Of a DNA stretch of 64,000 nt, positions 1-8,172 are shown piece by piece. The notes under the pieces are model-generated. The model was given only the letters and a program-made list of their open reading frames with translations. It had not been told where the DNA came from and ran no database searches. The position numbers were made by a program, and so were the translations under genes. The DNA comes from Planctomycetia bacterium (GTDB lineage Bacteria > Planctomycetota > MHYJ01 > WSZJ01). The stretch covers positions 13,957-77,956 of the forward strand of contig JADLHC010000282.1 in assembly GCA_020849035.1 (NCBI GenBank). The letters run 5' to 3'. The number at the start of each line of letters is the position of its first letter. Position 1 is the first letter of the stretch.

Positions 1-5
1 AGACC

Positions 6-497
6 ATGGAGGCCCTCCTCGAGCCCGCCCCCGCGGAACGCCTCGCCGCCCTCCGCGCGCGCTTCGACGCCCTCTCCCGCGCCATCGCCGCGCAGGACGC
101 CGTCGCCTCGGGCCAGGAGCGCGCCGTCGGCGCGATCCGAGACGAGGTCGCCCGCGACTTCGCGCCCGGCGCCGTCACCGTCGTCGCGCGCGAGCCCGAC
201 CCGCCTGCCCCCGCGCCCGCGGACGCGTTCGAGCGCTGGGAGGCGGCGCACAGCGCGTTCGAAGAGCACGCAAGAGGGAACGATTCCGCACGCATCGTGC
301 AGGACTATTCGGACGTGCGCGCGGCGATGGAGGCGTTCGCGAAGACCGACGAGGACCGTCTCCGCGTCGAGAGATTCCTCAGGGAGTACGAACGCGTGGC
401 GGAGGCGGTACAGTCGGGGAAGGGAACGGAACAGGATTTGAAGGGTCTGTCGGTCCTCGCCGCAGACGTCCGCGCGGCCTTCGGAGAGAAACGATGA
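6..497 (+). CDS. hypothetical protein, Ala/Arg/Glu-rich and helical-looking; possibly 5'-truncated at the window edge
   Basis: 163-aa ORF. Its TGA overlaps the ATG of the next ORF (ATGA at 494-497). No motif recognised. Confidence 0.45.
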   Translation: MEALLEPAPAERLAALRARFDALSRAIAAQDAVASGQERAVGAIRDEVARDFAPGAVTVVAREPDPPAPAPADAFERWEAAHSAFEEHARGNDSARIVQDYSDVRAAMEAFAKTDEDRLRVERFLREYERVAEAVQSGKGTEQDLKGLSVLAADVRAAFGEKR

Positions 498-1015
498 GCA
501 TCTTCGACAAGAGCCAGTCCCAGAGGAATGGCTTCGAGCGCCTCCTCGCGAAAATCCCCGGCTTCAAGGGGTACCTCGCCAAGGAATACCGCCGCGAGTC
601 CGACAAGATCGAGCGCGACCTCATCGCGAAGGCCTTCGACGACGCCCGCGAACCCCTCCGCCGCACCGTCACTCGCGTCGCCGACTCCGGCAACTTCGAC
701 TCCCTCCGCTTCGTCGCCGGCATGGACCCCCTCGAGAAACTCATCGAAAAGGTCGGCAACCGCATCCGCTTCGCCGACTACGGCTACTCCGGCTTCTTCG
801 ACACCATCAAGGTCGACGAGGCCGCGCTCGACCGGCTCTACCAGTTCGACCTGGGGCTCTACGAGAAGGCGGAGCAGCTGTCGAAGCGGACGCGGGAGCT
901 GCCGGCGCTGGCGACGGACCCCGAGGCGCTTCGCGACGAGATCGAACTGATCACGCAGCTCGTGCGGGAGATCGACAGGGAGTTCGACCTGAGGGAGAAA
1001 GTCCTGCTGGCGTAG
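494..1015 (+). CDS. hypothetical protein
   Basis: 173-aa ORF (MSIFDKSQSQRNGFERLLAKIPGFKGY...) with non-repetitive composition. Coupled to the upstream ORF and 42 nt upstream of the SPFH gene. No motif recognised. Confidence 0.55.
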   Translation: MSIFDKSQSQRNGFERLLAKIPGFKGYLAKEYRRESDKIERDLIAKAFDDAREPLRRTVTRVADSGNFDSLRFVAGMDPLEKLIEKVGNRIRFADYGYSGFFDTIKVDEAALDRLYQFDLGLYEKAEQLSKRTRELPALATDPEALRDEIELITQLVREIDREFDLREKVLLA

Positions 1016-1057
1016 AATCGTCCGCGCATCTCACCCAGAAAGGCAGGGAAAACCGAC

Positions 1058-2152
1058 ATGGCCATACTCGACGTCATCCAGTACCTCGACGAGTCCGGGC
1101 AGAACCTCTCGACGCGCATCGGGCCGGCGACGGTGAACATGGGCTCGCAGCTGATCGTGCGCGAGTCGCAGGCGGCCGTGTTCTACCGCGACGGCAAGGC
1201 GTACGACACGTTCGGGCCCGGGCGGTACACGCTGACGACGCAGAACATCCCGTTGCTGGGCGCGGTCATGCGGATCCCGTTCGGCGGGAACACGCCGTTC
1301 CCCGTCGAAGTCGTGTTCATGAACATGAAGGACATGCTGGACCTGAAGTGGGGGACGAAGGAGCCCGTGACGTTCCGCGACACGGAGTTCGGGATGATCG
1401 ACCTGCGGGCGTTCGGGAAATTCAGCCTGAAGATCCGGGACCCGAAGCTGCTGGTGGGGACGCTGGTGGGGCAGAAAGCCGTGTACCGGGTAGGCGAGCT
1501 GGAGGAGTGGCTGCGCGACATGATCGTGCAGCAGCTCGTGGACGCGCTCGGCGAGAAGATGACGTCGATGATGGACCTGGCGAAGAACTACAACGAGATC
1601 GCGCAGCTGCTGAAGGCGAAGGTCTCGACGGACTTCGAGCGGTACGGCGTCGAGATCACGGCGTTCGTGCTCGGCGCGATCACGCCGCCGCCGGACGTGC
1701 AGGAGGCGCTCCGCCAGAGGCAGAAGCTGGGGATCCTCGGTCCGGCGATGGGCCAGTACCAGCAGAAGGCCGCGGCGGACGCGATGGTCGAGGCGGCCAA
1801 GAACCCCGGCGGAGTCGCCGGCGCGGGCATCGGGCTCGGCGTCGGCATGATGATGCCGCAGATGATGGCCGCGGGAATGCAGCCGCTCCAGCAGCAGCAG
1901 CAGGCCGGCGTCTCGGCGGCAACCACGCCCTGCCCGAAGTGCAAGTCCCCCGTCGCGTCCGGAGCGAAATTCTGCATGCACTGCGGCGCACCCACCGCGG
2001 CGCTCTGCGTCGCCTGCCAGGCTCCCCTGCCCGCGCCGTCGGCCAAGTTCTGCCCGTCGTGCGGCAAGCCCCAGCAGTCGAGCTGCCCGAAATGCAACGC
2101 GGTGCTCGCCCCGGGCGCGAAATTCTGCGCGGGATGCGGGTCGCCCGCCTGA
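1058..2152 (+). CDS. SPFH/band-7 family protein with C-terminal triple zinc-ribbon (YdjI/COG4260-like)
   Basis: N-terminus MAILDVIQYLDESGQNL...VFYRDGKAYDTFGPGRYTL is typical of the SPFH virion-core-like family. The C-terminus has three CxxC...FCxxCG zinc ribbons (CPKC..FCMHCG, CVAC..FCPSCG, CPKC..FCAGCG). Confidence 0.85.
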   Translation: MAILDVIQYLDESGQNLSTRIGPATVNMGSQLIVRESQAAVFYRDGKAYDTFGPGRYTLTTQNIPLLGAVMRIPFGGNTPFPVEVVFMNMKDMLDLKWGTKEPVTFRDTEFGMIDLRAFGKFSLKIRDPKLLVGTLVGQKAVYRVGELEEWLRDMIVQQLVDALGEKMTSMMDLAKNYNEIAQLLKAKVSTDFERYGVEITAFVLGAITPPPDVQEALRQRQKLGILGPAMGQYQQKAAADAMVEAAKNPGGVAGAGIGLGVGMMMPQMMAAGMQPLQQQQQAGVSAATTPCPKCKSPVASGAKFCMHCGAPTAALCVACQAPLPAPSAKFCPSCGKPQQSSCPKCNAVLAPGAKFCAGCGSPA

Positions 2153-2186
2153 CCGGCCGCGCGCCTCTCCCGAGGTGAAATGAAAC

Positions 2187-2216
2187 GGCCCCGGCATGTC
2201 GCCGGGGCCGCTTTTC
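2187..2216. terminator. bidirectional intrinsic terminator hairpin between convergent genes
   Basis: GGCCCCGGC-atgtc-GCCGGGGCC perfect 9-bp stem, followed by GCTTTTC on the plus strand and preceded by GAAAC. Lies between the stops at 2152 (+) and 2232 (-). Confidence 0.6.
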
Positions 2217-2231
2217 ATGTCCGGGTCCGGT

Positions 2232-2711
2232 TCAGCGCTTCTTCTTCTTCGCCGGCTTCGACTTCGCCGCGGACTTCTTCTTTCCCGGGCGCGAAGCGCG
2301 GCCCGGCGGAACGATGCCCAGCCCCTCGCGCGCCACGACGGAAAGGACGTCGCGCACGCTCACCATACCCATCAGCTTCTCGCCGTCGATCACCGGCAGG
2401 TGCCGGAAGTTCCCGACGTGCATCTTCTCGCAAAGCGATGCGAAGCTCTCGTCCGGCGGGACGCTGATCAGCTTCCCCGTCATCGCCTGGTCCACCGTCG
2501 CGCCGCGCGGGTCCAGCCCCGTCGCCACCACGCGCTTCAGCAGGTCCCGCTCGCTGAAGATCCCCACCGGCCGCCCCTGCTCCGTGATCACCAGGGCGCC
2601 GATGTTGTGAAGGTGCATTTCCTTCACCGCGTCCAGCAGCGGAGTCCCGCGCTGCACGCTCTTCACGTTCCGGGACATGATGTCGGCGACAGATCTCGGC
2701 ACCATCCGCAT
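2232..2711 (-). CDS. CBS-domain pair protein with Lys-rich C-terminal tail
   Basis: VADIMSRNVKSV...ALVITEQGRPVGIFSERDLLKRV and ...HLPVIDGEKLMGMVSVRDVL are two CBS motifs. Tail is PGKKKSAAKSKPAKKKKR. Confidence 0.85.
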   Translation of the reverse strand: MRMVPRSVADIMSRNVKSVQRGTPLLDAVKEMHLHNIGALVITEQGRPVGIFSERDLLKRVVATGLDPRGATVDQAMTGKLISVPPDESFASLCEKMHVGNFRHLPVIDGEKLMGMVSVRDVLSVVAREGLGIVPPGRASRPGKKKSAAKSKPAKKKKR

Positions 2712-2745
2712 ACCCCCGCTGAGTTGTGAGTGTTGTTGGGACCGC

Positions 2746-3468
2746 CTAACGGCCGTACCGCAGGCGCTCCGCCAGGATCTCCGGCAGGCCCGCCTTCACG
2801 ATCTTCCCCGCCGCCTTCTCGATGTCGTACGGGATCCTCGTGATCTCCATCGTCCGCGTCGCCTCGTCGTAGATCGCGTACGCGGCGTCCGGGTTCTCGT
2901 CGCGCGGCTGGCCGACGCTGCCGACGTTCACGATCGTCTTCGCGTTCGGGTCGACCGTGATCTTCGGCTCCATCGTGAACGACACCGAGCGCTTCTGGAT
3001 GAACGTCACCGGCACGTGCGAGTGCCCGAGGAAGCAGATGTGCGTCGTCATCTGCTCGAAGGACAGGTGCGCGTCGTAGGACGTCTGGATGTACTCGAAG
3101 AGTTCGGGCGAGTGAAGGGTCGCGTGGACGAGCGTGCAGTCGTCGATCAGCTCGACCAGCGGCAGGCTCGCCAGCCAGCCCTTCTCTTCCTTCGTCAGCA
3201 TCCGCCGCGTCCAGAGCGCCGCTTCCCGCGCGTAGCTGTTGAAGAAGTCGACGTTGATCTTGTCGATGGTGGCGTAGTCGTGGTTTCCCGCGACCGTGGT
3301 CGCGCCGATCTCGCGGATCCTCGCGATGCAGGCCGAAGGGTCCGCGCCGTAGCCCACCACGTCCCCGACGCACATCAGCTTGTCGGGTTTGTGCTTCTCC
3401 ATGGCGGCCAGAACGGCCTCCAGCGCCTCGAGATTGGCGTGGATGTCTCCCAGGATGCCGTATTTCAT
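2746..3468 (-). CDS. metallophosphoesterase (calcineurin-like, YfcE/Icc family)
   Basis: Internal Met of the 659-aa track ORF. MKYGILGDIHAN, GDVVGYG, GNHD and GHSH metal-ligand motifs. 240 aa by residue count. Confidence 0.85.
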   Translation of the reverse strand: MKYGILGDIHANLEALEAVLAAMEKHKPDKLMCVGDVVGYGADPSACIARIREIGATTVAGNHDYATIDKINVDFFNSYAREAALWTRRMLTKEEKGWLASLPLVELIDDCTLVHATLHSPELFEYIQTSYDAHLSFEQMTTHICFLGHSHVPVTFIQKRSVSFTMEPKITVDPNAKTIVNVGSVGQPRDENPDAAYAIYDEATRTMEITRIPYDIEKAAGKIVKAGLPEILAERLRYGR

Positions 3469-3493
3469 CGAGCTGTGTTCCCCACCCCGCCGC

Positions 3494-4725
3494 TCAGCGG
3501 ATCTCCTTGCGCGAGAAAAAGGCCGCGCCCGCGGCGAGGACGAGCGCCCGTAGGCGAAGCCATAACCCGCGCTCCAGCAGACGTAGGAGAGCGAGATTTC
3601 CCGGCCGGCCGCGACGAGGGATTCTACACGCGAATTCTCGAGATTCGGAAAGATCGCGTAAAAAATCCGGCCCGCCCAACGGATCCAGGCGGGCTGAGAG
3701 GCGGTGTCGAGCGAGAGGAATGCGTAGTTGGAGACGTGGCCGACGAGGAAGAGGACGAAGGAGGCCGCGCCGTTGACGACAAGGGGCACGTGCGGGGCGA
3801 GGGAGGCGGCGAAGGCGAGGAGTATGGCGACGCGGACGACGGCGAGAAGCGCGCCCTTGAAGATCTGCGGCGCCTCGAAAGACCAGAACCGGGCCCAGGT
3901 GCGCTGGACGGCGCCGTGCCGGGAGGAGGCGACGCGGGCGTCGCCGACGGGAGGAAGGGCGGCGACCGCTTCGTCCGGCGAAATGATGTCCTCGAGCGGG
4001 GCGCCCGACATGCGGTCGAGCCAGGGCTGCGGGATGGAAACCTCGAGCCGGCCGAGTCCTCCTTCGTTCCAGCTGCGGAGGATCAGCCAGTTGCGCAGCG
4101 TGTTGTCTTTCCAGATCGAGAGCTGCCCGAGGGCGAAGGTGCCGCCCGGGGGGCGCGCGGCGAGGCGGTCGGAGACGGTGTCGGACTCGGGCAGAGCGCG
4201 GGAAAGGGTGACGACAGCGCGGAAGGGGCGATCGGGCGGGACGGGTTCGACGGCGGTCACCGTTGCGCCGAGTTCTCCCTGGGGGCCACGATGCGCGAGC
4301 TCCTCGATGTCGGCGTACTCCTCGATGTTCCGGGAGGTCTCCTTCTGCCAGACGGTCGCAACGAGCACGCCGGCGAGGAGCGCGCTCGAGAACGCGACGG
4401 CGGCGAGGATGCCCGCGAATTTGCCGGCGAGGAACTGCGGTCGCGAGACGGGCTTCGAAAGGACGGTCAGGGCGACGAGGCGGTCCATGTCGCGGGTGAT
4501 GACGAGCCAGGACAGGAGGACGGCGAGGAGCGCGCCGCAGAGTGCGATGGAGGACGTCCCCATCTCGCGCAGGAGGTAGCCCTCGAGGCGGTCGTCGAGG
4601 GTGAACATGGTGAAGAACTGCGAGGCCCAGATCATCGCGGCGAAGCAGGACGTGAGGATCCAGAAGAGCGGCTGGCGGAGGGCCTGGTGAGCGGTGTGTG
4701 CCGCGATGACGAGTGATTTACGCAT
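3494..4725 (-). CDS. ABC-2/NosY-like multi-pass permease with a large extracytoplasmic insert; C-terminus appears frameshifted near 3547-3549
   Basis: N-terminal TM helices and LSKPVSRPQFLAGKFAGIL are typical of ABC-2 permeases. After ...GYGFAYG the track frame becomes Arg/Ser-rich junk and runs into the phosphoesterase. The -1 frame reads ALVLAAGAAFFSRKEIR-stop (stop at 3494). Confidence 0.6.
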
Positions 4726-4729
4726 TGTT

Positions 4730-5008
4730 TCAGGCGTATCTCACTGTAAAAGAAGAGAAGTCTTCACAACTGCTCGTCTCGATCTGCTCATGATGCTCTA
4801 TATAGCGAGACATTTCCTTCAGAAGATCTGCAAGAAATGCCTCGGTGCTCTCCTTCTCCCCCGCCGCCACACAGCGGACGCTGCCGTCCGCCTCGTTTCG
4901 CACCCACCCCGTGACACCGCGGCGTGCCGCGATCGCCGCGGCGCGGGCCCGGAAGCCCACGCCCTGGACACGGCCGCTGAAACGGAGCTCGAGGCGTGAA
5001 GGGGGCAT
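4730..5008 (-). CDS. acyP: acylphosphatase
   Basis: 92 aa. Signatures RVQGVGFR and GWVRNEADGSV. Confidence 0.85.
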   Translation of the reverse strand: MPPSRLELRFSGRVQGVGFRARAAAIAARRGVTGWVRNEADGSVRCVAAGEKESTEAFLADLLKEMSRYIEHHEQIETSSCEDFSSFTVRYA

Positions 5009-5166
5009 TGCGGGGCGATTCTAGCAGGCGGGCGCCGGAGGTTCCACGTGGCGATAGCGCCAAACAGTCCGTGGTTGACGGGACAATTGCGCTGAGAAGC
5101 CCGACGTCCTATAATGGCGGCCGTATAGGGCGCATATGCGTCCATAGCAAGCGAGAAGATGCATAT

Positions 5167-5937
5167 ATGGGGTTCGTCGTCGCGATCGCCAATCACAAGG
5201 GGGGCGTCGGCAAGACCACCTCCGCGATCAACCTCGGAACCCTCCTCGCCTTGACCGGACGGAAAACTCTCATCCTCGACCTCGACCTCCAGGGCAACGC
5301 AACCTCCGGACTGGGAGTCCGCAAGGAAGACAAGCCCGGCCTCGCCGGCCTCCTCCTTGACAACGCTTCCCTCGCCGATGTCGCCTGCCCCTGCTACTGC
5401 GACGACCTCTTCGTTCTTCCCCTCGGCCGCCGCTCCAGCGCCATCGAAGAAGAGATCCGAAGCCAGCCCCTCCTGATGGAGAAGCTCGAGACGATCTTCG
5501 ACCAGATCGCTGCAGCGTGGGATTACGTTCTTCTCGACTGCCCTCCCGCCTTCGGCATCCTCCCCAACGCCGCCCTGCGTCAGGCCAACTACACCTGCAT
5601 CCCCGTCCAGTGCGAGTTCTTCTCGATCGAAGGACTCACCGCCATGCTCAAGCGCCTTCAGGAGCTGCAAACCAGCGGGAGTCGCACCCCCCGGACCGGC
5701 GTTGTCCTCACGATGTACACCTCCTCCGACGAGCACTCCTCGCAGGTGATGGCCGAAGTCCAGCGGCACTTCTCGCCCCTCCTGCACAAAGCCGTCATTC
5801 CCAGGGATCCCGTTTTGTCCCAGTCCACCGCTCTCGGGATTCCCGCCGTCATCCAGGCGCCGGAATCCAGGGGCGTCCGGGCCTACCTCGAACTCGCTTG
5901 GGAGATCCTCAACCATGAAAAACAAGAAGCTCGGTAA
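5167..5937 (+). CDS. parA: chromosome-partitioning ATPase ParA/Soj
   Basis: MGFVVAIANHKGGVGKTTSAINLG deviant Walker A, and LILDLDLQGNAT. Start chosen at Met-58 of the track ORF. A TATAAT lies at about 5110-5115 upstream. Confidence 0.9.
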   Translation: MGFVVAIANHKGGVGKTTSAINLGTLLALTGRKTLILDLDLQGNATSGLGVRKEDKPGLAGLLLDNASLADVACPCYCDDLFVLPLGRRSSAIEEEIRSQPLLMEKLETIFDQIAAAWDYVLLDCPPAFGILPNAALRQANYTCIPVQCEFFSIEGLTAMLKRLQELQTSGSRTPRTGVVLTMYTSSDEHSSQVMAEVQRHFSPLLHKAVIPRDPVLSQSTALGIPAVIQAPESRGVRAYLELAWEILNHEKQEAR

Positions 5938-6790
5938 GGGGCTGGACTACCTCCTCGGTGAAGCGCTCGGGAGCCCGACGGAACCAGCGGTCGTTTCGAC
6001 AGCGGCAATCGGGACCCAGGACATCCCGGTCAAGCAGATCCGCCCAAACCCCTTCCAGCCCCGAAAAGTCTGGGATGGAGCCGAGATCGAGGAGCTGGCT
6101 TCCAGCATCCGGGAGCAGGGCCTCATCCAGCCGATCGTCCTTCGCAAGGTCGGCGAGAGTTACCAGATCGTCGCCGGAGAGCGCCGATTCAGGGCCCTCC
6201 AGCAGCTGGGCAAGGACAGCGTGCCGGCCGTCATCCGCGAAATGGATGATCGGGGGATGCTGGAAGTGGCGCTGGTGGAGAATCTCCAGCGCAAGGACCT
6301 CAACCCGATCGAGAAGGCGCAGGCTTTCAAAGCCCTCATCGAGCGGTTCCGCCTGACCCATGAGGCCGTTTCGGCCCGCCTTGGTCTTGACAGATCGACT
6401 GTGACGAACTTCCTGCGCCTCCTCGACCTCCCCGAACTGATCCGCGAGGCGGTTTCACGTGGAACAATCAGCATGGGCCACGCCCGGAGCCTCGTTGCCC
6501 TCTCTTCACCCGCCGAGCAACTCGTCCTGGCGAAGAAGATCGAGCGCGAAGGGATGTCCGTCAGGAAACTTGAGAAACTGGTCCAGAACATCAAGGCGCC
6601 GCCGCTGCCCAAGCCTGAGGACACGTCTCAGGTCAGCAGCTCAGTCGTCAAGGACTGGGAAGAGCGTCTTCGCCGGCGCTTCGAGACGAAGGTCAAGATC
6701 CGGATGGGGAAGAACAGGGGCGCCATCATCGTGGAGTTCTACAACCTCGACGACTTCGACCGGGTCGTGGGGAAGATGGGCGCCGAGTAG
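5915..6790 (+). CDS. parB: chromosome-partitioning protein ParB/Spo0J
   Basis: LGKGLDYLL N-terminal box, IRPNPFQPR, IVAGERRFRA, and HTH ...STVTNFLRLL. Overlaps the parA end by 23 nt. Confidence 0.9.
   Translation: MKNKKLGKGLDYLLGEALGSPTEPAVVSTAAIGTQDIPVKQIRPNPFQPRKVWDGAEIEELASSIREQGLIQPIVLRKVGESYQIVAGERRFRALQQLGKDSVPAVIREMDDRGMLEVALVENLQRKDLNPIEKAQAFKALIERFRLTHEAVSARLGLDRSTVTNFLRLLDLPELIREAVSRGTISMGHARSLVALSSPAEQLVLAKKIEREGMSVRKLEKLVQNIKAPPLPKPEDTSQVSSSVVKDWEERLRRRFETKVKIRMGKNRGAIIVEFYNLDDFDRVVGKMGAE
6451..6466. other. parS-like centromere site inside parB
   Basis: GGTTTCACGTGGAACA matches the consensus TGTTTCACGTGAAACA at 14 of 16 positions. Encodes the AVSRGT segment of ParB. Confidence 0.55.
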
Positions 6791-6935
6791 GCTCGAATCA
6801 GGATTCGGCGAGAGACGGACGGAGTAGCGGGCCGGCTGTTCACCTCAAGGCAGGACACAGTCCAGGAAAGATTCCTATAACGTTCTTTTCGTGTAATATG
6901 CTCTGTTTACAGCTCTTTCAGCGGCGCCCCCGTCT

Positions 6936-7208
6936 TCAGGAGCCTGACGCACCCTCGGCCTCGTCACCCTTCCGGAACCGGAACGTCCGCGCCGACTCGG
7001 GGCCGGGTGCCTCGCCGACAAGAAGGTGCCCCAGCACCTTCATGCTCGCCGGGACTCGTTCCCACGCGGGTCTGAAATCCAGGATGACCTCGAGTACCTC
7101 TCCCGCCGCCATCTCCTCGATCGCCAGGCGGGCCTTGATGAACGTGTAGGGACAGCGCTCGCCGCGAAGGTCGGCGCGCCGGGAGGGAGGGCGAAGGGGA
7201 GAATCCAT
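6936..7208 (-). CDS. TusA/SirA-family sulfur-carrier-like protein
   Basis: About 90 aa. LRGERCPYTFIKARLAIEEMAAGEVLEVIL resembles the CPxP active-site helix and the following strand of TusA. Start at Met-15 of the track ORF. Confidence 0.6.
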   Translation of the reverse strand: MDSPLRPPSRRADLRGERCPYTFIKARLAIEEMAAGEVLEVILDFRPAWERVPASMKVLGHLLVGEAPGPESARTFRFRKGDEAEGASGS

Positions 7209-7282
7209 GGAAGCGCGAAAAATGCTACCGGCGGGGGCGCGGGGATACAATGCCCGGTCCGGCGGGCGCTTCCCGCCGCCTT

Positions 7283-7299
7283 TTGACGCGGTGCGTCAA
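7283..7299. repeat. 17-bp palindrome TTGACGC-N3-GCGTCAA (copy 1)
   Basis: TTGACGCGGTGCGTCAA in the divergent promoter region between 7208 (-) and 7325 (+). Confidence 0.7.
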
Positions 7300-7324
7300 A
7301 GAGCCACTGAACGGGGAGGGCGCG

Positions 7325-8116
7325 ATGAGAACTCTTGCGGCGGCGTTCCTGGCGGCGTTCCTTGCGGCGGGAACCGCGGCCGCGGACGAATGCGCGGCGT
7401 GCAAGCCCGGGAAGATCTGTCCCACCCACGAGTCGGGCGACGATGCGGCCGCGAAGGAAGCGGGCCCGCTCCTGAAGGACAGGGACCTCGAGAAGCGTCG
7501 CTCGGGGATCGACCGGCTGGCCGAGGCCGCGGCGAAGCATTTGAACGCACGTTCAAAAAAGCTGACGAACGAGCTGGTGAAGATGCTGCAGGACCCGGAG
7601 GCGACGGTGAAGTCGTATGCTGCGGAGAGGCTCGGCGACTGTGGCGACGAAGCGATGGCGGCCCAGGTGCTCGCGGGGGAGGTGGGGAAGCTGGAGAAGG
7701 CGCTGGCGATGGACAAGCCGTCGAAGGAGGCGGAGCTGCGGAAGTGGGAGGAGCAGCTGCGCGTGATCGGCTCCTTCTATGCCGGGCTGGGAAAGCTGAC
7801 GACGCAGGCCGGCGCCGCGGCCGCGTTCGACAAGGGGATCCGGAGCGCGAACCCGTGGGTCGGGAAGACGGCGGCGGAGAACTGCAAGGGCTTCAAGAAG
7901 AACAAGGTGGTGACGAAGGCGCTGGTGGACATGCTCGCGGGGTACTTCGCGAAAGTGGTGTCGGACGGAAACAGCGCGGCGTGGGTGGCGATCTCGATGG
8001 CTCTTCCCGAGGTGACGGGGTGCAATGACATCCCGTCGCAGAGGGACACGGACGCGGCGCGGTGGAACGCGGCGTGGCAGAAGTGGTGGCGCGAGAACGA
8101 GAAGACGATGAAGTGA
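7325..8116 (+). CDS. secreted HEAT-repeat-like protein
   Basis: Signal peptide MRTLAAAFLAAFLAAGTAAA. HEAT-like repeats (LQDPEATVKSYAAERLGDCGDE). Start at Met-26 of the track ORF. Confidence 0.6.
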   Translation: MRTLAAAFLAAFLAAGTAAADECAACKPGKICPTHESGDDAAAKEAGPLLKDRDLEKRRSGIDRLAEAAAKHLNARSKKLTNELVKMLQDPEATVKSYAAERLGDCGDEAMAAQVLAGEVGKLEKALAMDKPSKEAELRKWEEQLRVIGSFYAGLGKLTTQAGAAAAFDKGIRSANPWVGKTAAENCKGFKKNKVVTKALVDMLAGYFAKVVSDGNSAAWVAISMALPEVTGCNDIPSQRDTDAARWNAAWQKWWRENEKTMK

Positions 8117-8121
8117 CCTTG

Positions 8122-8136
8122 TGACGCAGTGCGTCA
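8122..8136. repeat. palindrome TGACGC-N3-GCGTCA (copy 2)
   Basis: TGACGCAGTGCGTCA, 6 nt after the stop at 8116. Confidence 0.7.
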
Positions 8137-8145
8137 GGCGCGCTG

Positions 8146-8162
8146 TTGACGCGCTGCGTCAA
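8146..8162. repeat. 17-bp palindrome TTGACGC-N3-GCGTCAA (copy 3)
   Basis: TTGACGCGCTGCGTCAA between the convergent stops at 8116 and 8173. Confidence 0.7.
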
Positions 8163-8172
8163 ACCGCCCGCG

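Noticed and set aside
2677-4716. 679-aa plus-strand ORF.
   Set aside because: It lies fully antisense to the well-supported metallophosphoesterase and permease genes. Its product is Arg/Asp/Gly/Val-rich low-complexity sequence typical of shadow frames in high-GC DNA.
2746-4725. Reading the 659-aa ORF as a genuine permease-phosphoesterase fusion protein.
   Set aside because: The 27-aa junction is off-frame-like, while the neighbouring frame gives a native-looking TM helix and a stop at 3494. I treat it as two genes with a probable 1-nt indel; see the finding.
5040-5055. Second parS-like sequence (GGTTCCACGTGGCGAT) upstream of parA.
   Set aside because: Only the central CCACGTGG and one arm match the consensus, and the right arm is unrelated. 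The match is too weak to call.
4996-5166. 57-aa N-terminal extension of ParA in the track ORF. Similar long 5' extensions occur on the ORFs at 7250, 9276, 12182, 19377, 21187, 23026, 26678, 34656, 35368, 36915, 45661, 48363 and 56949.
   Set aside because: The extensions are Arg/Pro/Gly-rich and precede obvious native N-termini (Walker A, signal peptides, conserved starts). Internal start codons were chosen instead.
6791-6935. The AT-rich spacer as the replication origin.
   Set aside because: There are no DnaA-box-like 9-mers, no dnaA/dnaN nearby, and it is only 145 nt long. It is kept as a low-interest observation.
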